NCBI GenBank assembly: GCA_965207445.1
Contig: CBDBLX010000002.1
Location: 1,367,849-1,431,848 of the forward strand
From: Nitrosopumilus sp.
GTDB taxonomy: Archaea > Thermoproteota > Nitrososphaeria > Nitrososphaerales > Nitrosopumilaceae
Length of the DNA stretch: 64,000 bases
Reading direction: 5' to 3'
The translations under genes and the position numbers were made by a program. Numbering within the stretch: the first letter of the stretch is position 1; each line of letters opens with the position of its first letter. This document shows positions 1 to 10,986 of the stretch, in pieces. The notes under the pieces were generated by a model. That model was not told the DNA's origin. It did no database searches and was given only the letters and a program-made list of their open reading frames with translations.

Positions 1-355
1 TGCAACCGTCTCGTTTAATTTGCCAATCTTGTGGTATGTCGTGTCTCTTTTGGCGCGTATGCGATCAATCTCTAAAGGCATCACACTTGCACCACCCATC
101 TGATCACATATGTTGTGGTTAAATCCCCATTGTGCAATATTGTATTGTTGATGTTTCTATTTGTCATTTTTGACAGATAATGACAAATAGCGATATCTCT
201 CTATAACTATGTTATCTGTATATTTAATATCATGTTATGTGGTCGGAACAGGTGTGCCTATTTATGATCATCAATAATTAGACCTGAACGCTTACCGAAC
301 GGTTACCGCTAGATGAGTGTAAAAGTTTATAACAGTATCATGATATAATATTATT

Positions 356-645
356 ATGAGTGCTGCTGATGATATATTATCTACATTGGAGGAATTGCGA
401 GATTTGGTAAATACAACAGAACCACTAACAGACGAACAAGTTGCATATATTAAAAAATTAGGCGATAAGTTGTAGGTGTTAGTTTGGATGTACATGAAGC
501 CAAAGCAAATTTTGATTATTATATAAACGAACTTAAAATTTTAATCACCCAACTGATAGGTCAAGTGCAACCTAATCCAAATATAGTTACATACATTAAC
601 AAAGCTATTGAAATTTTAAAAGAATATGGAGAGGGCATAATCTAA
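356..645 (+). pseudogene. Frameshifted small helical protein gene
   Basis: ATG at 356 reads MSAADDILSTLEELRDLV..KLGDKL*; another frame continues VGVSLDVHEAKANFDYY..EYGEGII* and its TAA overlaps the ATG at 645 (TAATG). An AAAAGTTTATAA BRE/TATA-like motif lies about 30 bp upstream. Confidence 0.45.
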
Positions 646-1037
646 TGTTTTTAAAATATCTAGACATTGCAGCTTTATGTATTGCAAGTGGTATTATGAT
701 TTATAGTTTTTCTATTACATCGGAACTTTATGAAATATATGCATTTGTTGCAGTGTCAGCAGGGCTTGCATGGACCGGTTGCTTGCTTGTTAATGGCGCT
801 CCGGCAAGATGGTATACTATAACTACATTTAAAATTTGGTTTTATATAACTACGGGTTATTGTATGCTACTGGTATTTATCTCACTTGTAGGATTGATAC
901 CTGTCGTAGTAAATAGCATGTACGAACTTGTCCCCGTTGTAGTTGCATCGAATATTATATTATTCCGTGTATTTGTACCTACTTGTATAATACTTGTACA
1001 TAAATTACGAAACCGCCCTGAAATATTAAATATTTAA
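645..1037 (+). CDS. Hypothetical integral membrane protein (about 4 TM segments)
   Basis: 130 aa, four hydrophobic stretches, start codon coupled to the upstream stop. Confidence 0.65.
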   Translation: MFLKYLDIAALCIASGIMIYSFSITSELYEIYAFVAVSAGLAWTGCLLVNGAPARWYTITTFKIWFYITTGYCMLLVFISLVGLIPVVVNSMYELVPVVVASNIILFRVFVPTCIILVHKLRNRPEILNI

Positions 1038-1073
1038 AAATGTATATTATATAAAGTTACAATTGTATGTCCC

Positions 1074-1154
1074 GTAACCGTTCAACCCTCGTACCTGCGC
1101 CAAACAATAGTCGATAAATCTATGCCTAAATTTTGGAAGGGGTCAAACGGTTAC
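1074..1154 (+). mobile_element. MITE-like family A, copy 1 (81 bp, IS66-like GTAA termini)
   Basis: GTAACCGTTCAACC...GGTCAAACGGTTAC; interior similar to copies at 9062, 23508, 40847 and 52424. Confidence 0.8.
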
Positions 1155-1299
1155 TCTGGCAACTGCGCTGGGCACAACTCACCGGATTGGAACAAGACAC
1201 GAAGGGCGCGCTGAGACTAAGACTCCCAAGTCAAACCAAGCGCTTACGTTTCCAGAACTTGGCATATGGTTTGTTTTTATACTCCATATTCTCCAAATC

Positions 1300-1668
1300 T
1301 CAAATTACTTTGATTCCTACATCAGGATCAATTCTTTTGAATTGAAAATTGTCTATGGATGAGTACCACTCGTCTAGATCATTCTGTATCTTGTCACTAA
1401 AAAATCGTATGTTTCTGGTTTGTAAGAGTCCTGAGTATATTCGGCTGTCGGGGATTCGGTCATTTTTGCCAGACACAATCCGTTCTCTGTCTCTATTTGG
1501 CACAATGCTCAATGCGCGGTTTATTTCATTGCGCAGTATGTGAGCCATGTCGCGCTTGTTTTCCTTTTCCTTGGATTTTTTTCTCCACGTATGCAGAATG
1601 ATTCCTCCAACTATGATAAAAATACCCCTCAATACGTCGGAGAAGATCATCTCTAAGAGTTGAGTCAT
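1300..1668 (-). CDS. Hypothetical protein with N-terminal membrane anchor; TGA possibly premature
   Basis: One TM helix followed by a basic stretch; the frame stays open after the TGA (DLENMEYKNKPYAKFWKRKRLV*). Confidence 0.55.
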   Translation of the reverse strand: MTQLLEMIFSDVLRGIFIIVGGIILHTWRKKSKEKENKRDMAHILRNEINRALSIVPNRDRERIVSGKNDRIPDSRIYSGLLQTRNIRFFSDKIQNDLDEWYSSIDNFQFKRIDPDVGIKVI

Positions 1669-1934
1669 TTCATTGGTTGTTTTCCATACATAAGTTGTAG
1701 AACCGTCGAATCATTTACATCAAATTCTGCCGTCTTGGTTTTTGGGTTCCATATTTTCATCTCAATTAACCTCAAAGGTTCATCATTTTCACGTTCAGAG
1801 TCTTCAAGCATTTGGAGCATCACCTTGTCGTGTATGCTGTTAATGGTTGATTTGAACTCATCATTAAACAGTATCTCGATCTGTTTGACCTCATCTGACT
1901 CTATACTAATTGTTGCTTTTTCATCTCCCACCAT
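1665..1934 (-). CDS. Hypothetical acidic protein
   Basis: Overlaps both neighbours in an operon-like arrangement; the start is uncertain. Confidence 0.45.
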   Translation of the reverse strand: MVGDEKATISIESDEVKQIEILFNDEFKSTINSIHDKVMLQMLEDSERENDEPLRLIEMKIWNPKTKTAEFDVNDSTVLQLMYGKQPMK

Positions 1935-2359
1935 ATCTTATCTACCTGTTGTTTTGTAAAGTTGTCTCGCTTTGCAATTACTTTTTTTAAGATATCTTCG
2001 TCTGTACATTTGCCGCGCACCTTATTTAGATAGTGCAATGAGGCAGCAATCTCCAGTTCGTCTATATCTTTATCTTTGATAAACTCTAGAAATTTTTCAA
2101 AGTTGTCCCTGTCTTTTTTGTCCTTTAGTTTGATATCATCTGGTATGACTTTGTACACGTCTTGCAGATTGAATCCGTTATGTGCAAGCAGCGAACAGTA
2201 CGGCCCACGCAAATACCATGAAAAGTCATATCCCAAATACACTCCACATGCTTGCAAAAGATACACCAGTTTCTGCAGCTTGAGGCGATCATCAAACTCG
2301 TCCATTGAGAACTCATATTTCTTGAGAACAAATCCCAATTCTACGGATTCTCGATTCAT
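1901..2359 (-). CDS. YwgA/SocA (Panacea-related) antitoxin-like protein
   Basis: RLKLQKLVYLLQ...YDFSWYLRGPYCS and LEIAASLHYL motifs. Confidence 0.7.
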   Translation of the reverse strand: MNRESVELGFVLKKYEFSMDEFDDRLKLQKLVYLLQACGVYLGYDFSWYLRGPYCSLLAHNGFNLQDVYKVIPDDIKLKDKKDRDNFEKFLEFIKDKDIDELEIAASLHYLNKVRGKCTDEDILKKVIAKRDNFTKQQVDKIWWEMKKQQLV

Positions 2360-2394
2360 TAATTAGCTTGTAATATTCTGTCATTAATTAATTG

Positions 2395-2543
2395 GTGTGA
2401 ACCAAGCTCTTTGGACACAATAATGAAATCACATACTTGTATTTGGTCACATCCCTGCCTGCATATTGAGTGCCGTACATGCAATACATTTGGCTAGAAG
2501 TTATTTTTGAATGATCATATTTGTCATGGAGGTTGGTTCACAC
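2395..2543. mobile_element. MITE family B, copy 1 (149 bp) with 8 bp target-site duplication
   Basis: TIRs GTGTGAACCAAGCTC / GAGGTTGGTTCACAC; flanked on both sides by ATTAATTG (2387-2394 and 2544-2551). Confidence 0.85.
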
Positions 2544-2820
2544 ATTAATTGAGGTTGCCACCACCATCACCACCATCACCACCTCCATCCCTCCGTGGGT
2601 GTATGCCTGTGGATTTAACTGATTAAGTAGTCGTGAATTAAATATATAATTCCCCTTTAATCTGTGCTAAGACTTATGAGCGTCGCCACAGCACTAACAA
2701 CCTAACACATCATTTAATGACAGTAAATCTAACTTTTACTCGCATACAACAAAAGTGCTGTTTCTTAATATCACTAGATGACATTAATCAGATATTTTTA
2801 CATGTTAATTCATATCGGGA

Positions 2821-5800
2821 TTATCTGCAGATCTTTGGCGGAATCTGAGTGGATGGAGTCAAAGCAATTAGTTTCGTGGTAGGAGAGTCTGTTGTAGATG
2901 ATGTACCAATTACGGTGACTGTAATGTATCTAGAAGATGTATGTCCACCCATATCAGATACAACAAATACAATGTCATGGTTTCCCACATCAGAGGGCTG
3001 CGGGGTCCATACATACACACCACTTTGCGGATCTATTGTGCCCGGACTATGCCTAGAGTATACCAATGTATCTCCGTCGTTATCTGTTGCATTGACATTG
3101 ATTGTAAGTGTGCTGCCCACCGTCACGTTTGTAAACGACGTGTTGGGTGGAGGATACGTGATCACAGGAGCATAATTGTTTATCTCATTTACAGTTATAA
3201 TGACAGGTATAGTAATCACTCCTCCTCCGTTTACGTCACGTACCATGACATCAAACAAATGGGTGCCGGCATCATCCTCACCTGGTGTCCACTCAAATAC
3301 ACCTGTTGTGTAGTTGATTATGGCGCCCCGTGGCACGGATCCACTACTATTATCAAGTGTAAAAGTCAACATGTCACCGTCCGGATCACTTACTGGCACC
3401 GTAAATATTACAGTTTCATGTTCATTTACAGTGTAGTTTATCAGAGTCACATTTGCAATAGGTGGCGCGTTGACCACGGTCAGCGTGGTGGATGAAAAAT
3501 TACTATTATTACCCAATACTGAAATCGTGATCTGCTTTGAATCCTGTCCTCCGTTGTCATCAGATACCATAATAGTCATTGAGGTGGTTGTGTTGGTGTA
3601 GCTGACGTCTGGTGTCCATGTAAACGTATTATTTGACAGGGTGCCAAAGGTTGCATTGACTTTGTAAGTAAGTGTGTTTGCAGGTATATCAGGGTCAGTT
3701 GCAGACATGTTGATGATAAGAGGCGTGCCGACTATACCAGACCTATGTCCGATTTCTGCAAGTACAGGTGGACGGTTTATCTCTGCTACTGTGACTGAAA
3801 ACGTTCGGTTAGCAAATAATGGTGATGGTGAGCCGTTATCTGTGGCAGTTATTGTAATGTGATAAGTGCCGGGACCTTGGCTCTCAGTCGGAGTCCAACT
3901 AAATACACCACTAGATGAGATAGATGCTCCAAGTGATGTGGCATTTGTAGAGTATGTTAGAGTTTGTCCTGCGTCTGTGTCATTTGCTATTGCAGTGATG
4001 ATTAGTGGAATTTCTTCATTTGTCCGTTGATCTGCGATATGTAAAAGTGTAGGTGGTGTGTTGGTTGGTGAATTAAATGTTGATTGTAAAGGTGAATCTT
4101 GTGGTGGTGTTGTCGGTGAATCTTGTGGTGGTGTTGTCGGTGAATCTTGTGGTGTCTGTGTGGTCAATGTCTGCTTTACAACAAGAGGGGCCGGCACCGT
4201 TATGGTGACATCCTCATGATCTGTGCCCCCTGCACCGTCATTGACTGTAAATCGCACTACAATGGTGCCCGCATCTGTAGCAGATGGTGTCCATGTATAC
4301 GTACTACCTGTAATCAAACCTGCTGTATGGTTTGAAGAATATGTAAATGTGTTGGCAGGTATATCAGCATCAGTAGCAGACAACTGGATTGTGATCTGTG
4401 CATCAACAGATGCAGTCTTTGATCCGATTGGTGCGAGATATGGTGCTTCATTTGTCTCAGATACTGTAATTATTAGGCTCTGTGTTCCCACATTGTTTGA
4501 TGCATCTGTGGCAGATATACTCATACTGTACGTGTTGCCACCGTGTTGCTCAGATGGAGTCCAGGATAATATATTACCACCTGATATTGTCGGGAAAGGT
4601 GCCCCTCCTGTTATGTTGTGTGATGCAATAGCAAATGTGACGCCATTCTCATCTGCTACAAGTGTGTGGGTGCCTGCTGTACGTTCAGTAAACGTTGCAA
4701 TGGCAGGAGATGTGATGGTGGGATTTGTACTATCAGATACAGTTATGGTGACATCCTCATGATCTGTGCCCCCTGCACCGTCATTGACTGTAAATCGCAC
4801 TACAATGGTGCCCGCATCTGTAGCAGATGGTGTCCATGTATACGTACTACCTGTAATCAAACCTGCTGTATGGTTTGAAGAATATGTAAATGTGTTGGAG
4901 GGTATATCAGCATCAGTAGCAGACAACTGGATTGTGATCTGTGCATCAACAGATGCAGTCTTTGATCCGATTGGTGCGAGATATGGTGCTTCATTTGTCT
5001 CAGATACTGTAATTATTAGGCTCTGTGTTCCCACATTGTTTGATGCATCTGTGGCAGATATACTCATACTGTACGTGTTGCCACCGTGTTGCTCTGATGG
5101 AGTCCAGGACAATATATTACCACCTGATATTGTCGGGAAAGATGTTCCTGTTACGTTGTGTGATGCAATAGCAAATGTGACGCCATTCTCATCTGCAACA
5201 AGTGTGTGAATGCCTGCTGTACGTTCAGTAAACGTTGCAGTTGCAGAAGATGTGATGGCGGGTGCCGTGTTATCTGATGCTATAGGCGTGGCCAATACAA
5301 CACTAGAGACAGGGCTCGTGCCGGCCGTATTTATGGCACTTGCACGAAATTGATATTGCTGTCCGTTTGCAAGTCCAGTGATGGTAGCAGAGGTGCTAGA
5401 GACGGGATTTCCTGCAAACAGAGTCCACGTAGTAGCGCTACTCATCTTGTACTCTATATTATAGCCAGTAATAGGCGAGCCGCCATTGTTCCCATGTGCA
5501 CTCCACGAGAGTGCTACCTGTCCATCGCCTACCGTAGTGGTCAATCCTGTGGGCGCATCAGGTGTTGTAATCACCGTAATTATGACATTCTTATAGTCAC
5601 TATCTGAGCCATCAGAGACAGTGAACTTGATTGTGATGGTACCCACATCAGCGTGTGTGGGCGTCCATGTATACGTGTTATTTGTAATCGAACCTGCTGT
5701 ATGATTTGTAGAGTATGTTAACGTGTTTATTGGTGCATCAGTATCAGTAGCAGATAGTGTAATGTTAAGAGGGGTGCCGACTGTAGCTGACCTTGCGCTA

Positions 5801-6372
5801 ATTGGCGTGAGATATGGTGCTTCGTTTGTCTCAGATACTGTAATTATTAGACTCTGTGTTCCTACATTGTTTGATGCATCTGTGGCAGATATACTCACAT
5901 TGTACGTGTTGCCACCGTGTTGCTCTGATGGAGTCCAGGATAATATATTACCACCTGATATTGTCGGGAAAGATGTCCCTCCTGTTACGTTGTGTGATAC
6001 AATAGCAAATATGACGCCATTCTCATCTGCTACAAGGGTATGGGTGCCTGCTGTACGTTCAGTAAACGTTGCAGTGGCAGAAGATGTGATGGTGGGATTT
6101 GTACCATCAGATACAGTTATGGTGACATCCTCATGATCTGTGCCCCCTTCGCCGTCATTGACTGTAAATCGCACTACAATGGTGCCCGCATCTGTAGCAG
6201 ATGGTGTCCACGTATACGTACTACCTGCAATCAAACCTGCTGTATGATTGGAGGTATAATTCAGTGTGTTTGCTGGAACATCGGCATCATTAGCGGACAA
6301 TTGGATTGTTGATTTGCCTCTCGTCACTGAGTTGACTATCAGTGGTAGCCGATTTGGCCCCGATTGCATCAA
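2821..6372 (-). CDS. C-terminal part of a giant adhesin: cadherin/Ig-like (He_PIG-type) repeats and one fibronectin type III domain
   Basis: Repeated NxAPxL..ATDAD..YTWTP..VxD modules; FN3 motif PDAPTGL..LSW..GGSPITGYNIEYK..ITGLANGQQYQFRASAINTAG. Continues the upstream ORF after a frameshift. Confidence 0.85.
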   Translation of the reverse strand: MMQSGPNRLPLIVNSVTRGKSTIQLSANDADVPANTLNYTSNHTAGLIAGSTYTWTPSATDAGTIVVRFTVNDGEGGTDHEDVTITVSDGTNPTITSSATATFTERTAGTHTLVADENGVIFAIVSHNVTGGTSFPTISGGNILSWTPSEQHGGNTYNVSISATDASNNVGTQSLIITVSETNEAPYLTPISARSATVGTPLNITLSATDTDAPINTLTYSTNHTAGSITNNTYTWTPTHADVGTITIKFTVSDGSDSDYKNVIITVITTPDAPTGLTTTVGDGQVALSWSAHGNNGGSPITGYNIEYKMSSATTWTLFAGNPVSSTSATITGLANGQQYQFRASAINTAGTSPVSSVVLATPIASDNTAPAITSSATATFTERTAGIHTLVADENGVTFAIASHNVTGTSFPTISGGNILSWTPSEQHGGNTYSMSISATDASNNVGTQSLIITVSETNEAPYLAPIGSKTASVDAQITIQLSATDADIPSNTFTYSSNHTAGLITGSTYTWTPSATDAGTIVVRFTVNDGAGGTDHEDVTITVSDSTNPTITSPAIATFTERTAGTHTLVADENGVTFAIASHNITGGAPFPTISGGNILSWTPSEQHGGNTYSMSISATDASNNVGTQSLIITVSETNEAPYLAPIGSKTASVDAQITIQLSATDADIPANTFTYSSNHTAGLITGSTYTWTPSATDAGTIVVRFTVNDGAGGTDHEDVTITVPAPLVVKQTLTTQTPQDSPTTPPQDSPTTPPQDSPLQSTFNSPTNTPPTLLHIADQRTNEEIPLIITAIANDTDAGQTLTYSTNATSLGASISSSGVFSWTPTESQGPGTYHITITATDNGSPSPLFANRTFSVTVAEINRPPVLAEIGHRSGIVGTPLIINMSATDPDIPANTLTYKVNATFGTLSNNTFTWTPDVSYTNTTTSMTIMVSDDNGGQDSKQITISVLGNNSNFSSTTLTVVNAPPIANVTLINYTVNEHETVIFTVPVSDPDGDMLTFTLDNSSGSVPRGAIINYTTGVFEWTPGEDDAGTHLFDVMVRDVNGGGVITIPVIITVNEINNYAPVITYPPPNTSFTNVTVGSTLTINVNATDNDGDTLVYSRHSPGTIDPQSGVYVWTPQPSDVGNHDIVFVVSDMGGHTSSRYITVTVIGTSSTTDSPTTKLIALTPSTQIPPKICR

Positions 6373-8626
6373 GTACAGGTGGATGATTTGCCTCTGTCAC
6401 TGTGACTGAAAACGTCTGATTAGTAGACATTGGTGGCTGGCCATTATCTGTGGCAGTTATTGTAATGTGATAAGTACCGGGACCTTGACTCTCAGTTGGA
6501 GTCCAACTAAACACACCACTAGGTGAGATAGAGGCTCCAAGTGACGTCGTGGCATTTGTAGAGTATGATAGGGTTTGCCCAGAGTCTGGATCAGATGCTG
6601 CCACAGTAAATCTTACTTCAACTTCTTCGCTTGTTGTTATATCCTGAATTGAATCTAGTACAGGTGCAGTATTGTCTGGGAGCACATCCACTACTGAGAA
6701 TATCTGAACATCATCTCGCTCTGCATCTATTACAAAAAAGTGTGTAGAGTTAGTTGTCATGGATATTGGTTCTTTGAATTGTCCGTCTCCAGTACCACTA
6801 CTGCCAAACTTGCCAACATAATTGCCTGATGTATCAAATATCTGAACATCATCACGCTTACTATCTGTCACATACAGATACCCAAAGGCATAGAGGATGG
6901 AGAGAGGATTTTGAAACTGTCCGTCTCCAGTACCCCTGCTACCAAACTTACCAACATACTTGCCTGATGTATCAAATATCTGAACATCATCACGTAAGGA
7001 ATCCACCACAAACAAGTGCGTATAACTTGCCGCAATATCTCTCAGGCTAGTGAACTGCCCGTCATCCTGGCCATTTCTACCCACATTTTTTATATAATCA
7101 CCAGTGGCATTAAACACCTGGATCATGTCTTTGTTATGCGAAGCTGCAAATATGTGTGTAGGTGTGACTGCAATATCATGTGGTCTAAAATTATTTCCAG
7201 TCGTATTGAATACTGACACAAAACCCGTAGAGTTAAATATTGAAATACGGTTGTTGTTCGTCTCAGCTATGAACATGTGTGTACCATTATACGCGACTCC
7301 TACAGGACCGCTGAATTCTCCATGGACACTACTAGTACTATATCCGCCGATCTTGTGTGAGAACGTACCGTTGTCATGAAACACCTGGACATAGTTATTG
7401 CTATTTTGTGTTACAAATAGGTGGGTAGAGTTGGATGCAATGCGTAAGGGATCGGTAAACTCTTCGTCTTCTGAGACACCGCTACCAAATTTTCCCACAT
7501 AGTCCGGGGAGAGGTCAATATCGGCTCCGACTCGTAAGAATGCCTGAATGTCAGATCTACTATCATCAAGCACAAAAAAGTGTGTAGAGTTAGATGCAAT
7601 TGAGATTGGACTCTGAAACTGTCCGTCTCCAGTACCACTGCTACCAAACTTGCCAACATACTTGCCTGATATATCAAATATCTGAACATCATCACGATCA
7701 GTATCTGTCACATACAGATATCCCGAGGCATAAATGATGGAGCGAGGACTCTGAAACTGTCCGTCTCCGGTACCACTACTACCAAACTTGCCAACATACT
7801 TGCCTGATGTATCAAATATCTGAACATCATCACGATAAGAATCCACCACAAACAAGTGCGTATAACTTGCCGCAATATCTCGTATATTACTAAATTTGCC
7901 ATTGTTATTGCCCGTCCCCCCTATTGTCTTGATGTAATTACCAGAAAGGTCATATATCTGAATCTTTTCTGAATTTATATTATACACAAATATGTGCGCA
8001 AGTGAAACTGTAATACCATATGGCCTAAAATTTTGAGCTGTGTTAAATGTGACTGCATGCTCTCCTAAAGAGTCAAATATTTGGATGCGGTAGTTAAATG
8101 TGTCTGCCACAAACAAGTGTGTATCGTTGTATGCAATACCTTCAGGAGTGCTAAACTGGCCGGGGCCGGTACCAGTCCACATATTACCGATCTTGCCTGC
8201 AAGCGTACCGTTGGTATGAAACACAGATATAGAGTTGTCATTATCTTGTATTACAAATATGTGAGTAGAGTTAGATGTGATATCTGTTGGATTGACATGT
8301 ATTGAATTTGTTAACTGGCCTTCACCATTACCATTATTGCCGAACTTGTACTCAAACTCAGGCATGCTCTGCATGGGCAAAAAGTGAAATGCGGGAACGG
8401 CAAAGGCGTGTTGGATGTAATAATTAAAATCCTCACTATCGGCTCCATTCACTCCCACATGCACGTCTCCGATGCTTACTAAAACAATACCAAGTGTCAC
8501 AATTACAAAAAATGATATGATGCGCCCTGATAATCTACTATACCTTGTGTGTTCGCTCACACATACACACCTTTGCACATTCTGGCGATACTGGGCGCAA
8601 CACACGCCATCTAATTTAAACACCAT
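6290..8626 (-). CDS. N-terminal part of a giant adhesin: NHL-repeat beta-propellers with an N-terminal TM/signal segment
   Basis: Repeated KFGSSGTGDGQFxxPxxI...LYVTDxxRDDVQIFD NHL units, then the first cadherin-like repeat. Confidence 0.88.
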   Translation of the reverse strand: MVFKLDGVCCAQYRQNVQRCVCVSEHTRYSRLSGRIISFFVIVTLGIVLVSIGDVHVGVNGADSEDFNYYIQHAFAVPAFHFLPMQSMPEFEYKFGNNGNGEGQLTNSIHVNPTDITSNSTHIFVIQDNDNSISVFHTNGTLAGKIGNMWTGTGPGQFSTPEGIAYNDTHLFVADTFNYRIQIFDSLGEHAVTFNTAQNFRPYGITVSLAHIFVYNINSEKIQIYDLSGNYIKTIGGTGNNNGKFSNIRDIAASYTHLFVVDSYRDDVQIFDTSGKYVGKFGSSGTGDGQFQSPRSIIYASGYLYVTDTDRDDVQIFDISGKYVGKFGSSGTGDGQFQSPISIASNSTHFFVLDDSRSDIQAFLRVGADIDLSPDYVGKFGSGVSEDEEFTDPLRIASNSTHLFVTQNSNNYVQVFHDNGTFSHKIGGYSTSSVHGEFSGPVGVAYNGTHMFIAETNNNRISIFNSTGFVSVFNTTGNNFRPHDIAVTPTHIFAASHNKDMIQVFNATGDYIKNVGRNGQDDGQFTSLRDIAASYTHLFVVDSLRDDVQIFDTSGKYVGKFGSRGTGDGQFQNPLSILYAFGYLYVTDSKRDDVQIFDTSGNYVGKFGSSGTGDGQFKEPISMTTNSTHFFVIDAERDDVQIFSVVDVLPDNTAPVLDSIQDITTSEEVEVRFTVAASDPDSGQTLSYSTNATTSLGASISPSGVFSWTPTESQGPGTYHITITATDNGQPPMSTNQTFSVTVTEANHPPVLDAIGAKSATTDSQLSDERQINNPIVR

Positions 8627-9061
8627 ATGACATTCATCTCCTCGTAACTATATAACAACAACTTCACAATGTGAATACTCTTGCACAATTATGAACAGTC
8701 AAACAAGATGATTCAGAGCATTTTCACAGAATCTCAAGAAGAAAATATGTACAGTTCCACTCAAATGGTCTGTTTTTGACACAAAAATCTACAATATCTA
8801 TGGATTAAAACATACATGCAGTGTAAGTGGTCCGAACTTTAAAAAACCACCGACAAGTTGCATGCATTCTGAGCCTTTTTTCCATCTACATCTGTGACAC
8901 CAATAAGATGACTTGTTGACAACTTTACTTGGCTATCATGGCTTTTTATTGACTTTTTGGATAACTGGTCTGTGGCGTGTCTGTGAGTTGTATTGTGTAT
9001 TGTGCGGACATGATATGCACATGCAAGTATAACTTGCCCACAATTAGCACAAGGATCATTT

Positions 9062-9168
9062 GTAACCGCTCAACCACCCCCCCCCCCCCCACTCCTTCCC
9101 AAAACTTAGGCATAGATTTGCCGCCTAACATCATCTGGCGCAAGCACTGGAGGAGTTTGAACGATTAC
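9062..9168 (-). mobile_element. MITE-like family A, copy 2 (inverted, with an expanded poly-C tract)
   Basis: GTAACCGCTCAACC...TTGAACGATTAC; the interior reverse-complements to the family consensus (aaatctatgcctaagttttgggaagg). Confidence 0.75.
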
Positions 9169-9216
9169 GGAACATTTGCCAAAAAACTATTAATCATGTT
9201 ATAAACAATTGATTAT

Positions 9217-9621
9217 ATGCTAGAAAATAATGTGATTGCACTATATGATGATCACTGTAGTTTATGCACAATATTTGCGCAATGGGTAAAACGTATGACA
9301 AAGAACAAAGTACAACTTGTTGGACACTATTCACCACAAGGATCAATGTTGCGCAAAGATATACTAGAGTCAGATGCATTAGAAATGTTCTGGGTGATTG
9401 ACAAAGATACTGCATATGGTGGAAGAGCAGCAATTTGGCCACTACTAAAAATTGCAATATCTACAAAAAAAGACAAAACAGAACATAGTAAACAAAAATA
9501 TATCAAAGATACAATAAACACCAAAAAAAGATGTACAGTCTCAGATTGCAGTGGTGCAAAACACGTGTTTATTCGCTCTGCTAGTCTGATTCGAAACAGT
9601 AGGATTATACAGATACACTAA
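9217..9621 (+). CDS. DCC1-like thiol-disulfide oxidoreductase (DUF393)
   Basis: N-terminal LYDDHCSLC (DxxCxxC) motif and YGGRAA. Confidence 0.8.
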   Translation: MLENNVIALYDDHCSLCTIFAQWVKRMTKNKVQLVGHYSPQGSMLRKDILESDALEMFWVIDKDTAYGGRAAIWPLLKIAISTKKDKTEHSKQKYIKDTINTKKRCTVSDCSGAKHVFIRSASLIRNSRIIQIH

Positions 9622-10617
9622 ACAAAATATGTATAATCACACCGTATAGTTTTGAATATATGTGCAGAGAAAATAAAATGAATCCGGTGAGTCACACAAA
9701 ATGTATACTATTTTATTAATTCTATAAAAATATCGATATTAATACAATGGACGCTACAAATTACGGTATTTGTGAGATTATCCCGGTGAGATTATCCCTG
9801 CAGTTGGTTTCAAATTATGTTGTATTATGTATGTATGATCAAAAACATAACACATTGTACTAATCTTTTATATGATAATTTAAATCATACAAAAAGATAA
9901 CAATCTGCAAAGTTTAGATCAGTATTCTATGAGTTGTAGTTGGTCAATATAGTTCTCAGAAAAATCACCTTTTAAAGATCTATATAATTAGTTGTAATGT
10001 TTAGATGTGATGATAAAATCAAAGACCCACATTACACAGAACCGTATGATGATGATGATATGGCCGAATACGTTGAACCGATTGAAATCGACGATGATAG
10101 TTAATCCATCTTTTTTTATCTCTCTATTTTTTATTGTCTCTGTATTCTTTGAATTTTTAACATTAGGACTTTTTCAAAGTAAAAGAAAACAAAACACAAA
10201 CACAAAAAAGATCAGTAATTGTTTTACAAACACTCATAACCATTTTTATAATACTGATCATTTCTAGTATCTATTTATTGATCTTTTTACTCCACTTGTG
10301 ACGGATATTACATCACTCATCAAAATATCTATTGTATAATCCATTACTCGTTATCAGTCAGAACAATCTATGGCTGTTGTAGTTGTTGTAGTAGTTGTTG
10401 TTGTAGTTGCATGTAACTCTACCCCATCAGGATTTATAGACTTGTCCATTATGATGTATGATGTGTGATTGATCTATGATATATGATTGACTTGTGATAT
10501 ATGATTGATCTGTAATCTCTCTTTAACAGTCATGAGGTAAAACCGGTAGATTATCCTTTAAATGGATCAGAAGAAAAATATAATATAAAAGGGAAAAAAG
10601 ACAGATAGTGAAATCAT

Positions 10618-10986
10618 ATGACAAAGGATGAATATACTGAAAAAGAAAAAGCCAAGCCTGTTGAAGATGTTGAAAAAGAAGATGTAACAGATGATACAGT
10701 TGTGAAACCCCCTACTACAACATTGAAACCATTATCATCATCACGATCACCATTATTACCACCACCTACTGGTGATATTACTATTGCAAGGCGTAAAAGA
10801 AGCTCATGGTGGTATCTTTTACCAATATTTTTAGAGGTCATTGGAGGTGTAATAGCATACTTTGTATTACGTACTGACGATCATAGACTGGCTAGAAATT
10901 GCTTATGGCTTGGTATAATATTGAGTGCAATACATTGGAGTTTTGCAATTTTGGCTCTAGTACTATTTGACTTTAGTATTATTTGA
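10618..10986 (+). CDS. Small two-TM membrane protein of a type seen in thaumarchaea
   Basis: RSSWWYLLPIFL..IGGVIAYFVLRxDD..LARNCLWLGI. Confidence 0.7.
   Translation: MTKDEYTEKEKAKPVEDVEKEDVTDDTVVKPPTTTLKPLSSSRSPLLPPPTGDITIARRKRSSWWYLLPIFLEVIGGVIAYFVLRTDDHRLARNCLWLGIILSAIHWSFAILALVLFDFSII

Noticed and set aside
2849..6312. Repeated plus-strand ORFs opposite the adhesin
   Set aside because: Antisense shadows of the repetitive minus-strand gene.
8946..9204. Short ORFs sharing PKFW(K/E)G-like peptides (also 1133-1345 and 52454-52675)
   Set aside because: They are translations running through family A MITE sequence, not a protein family.
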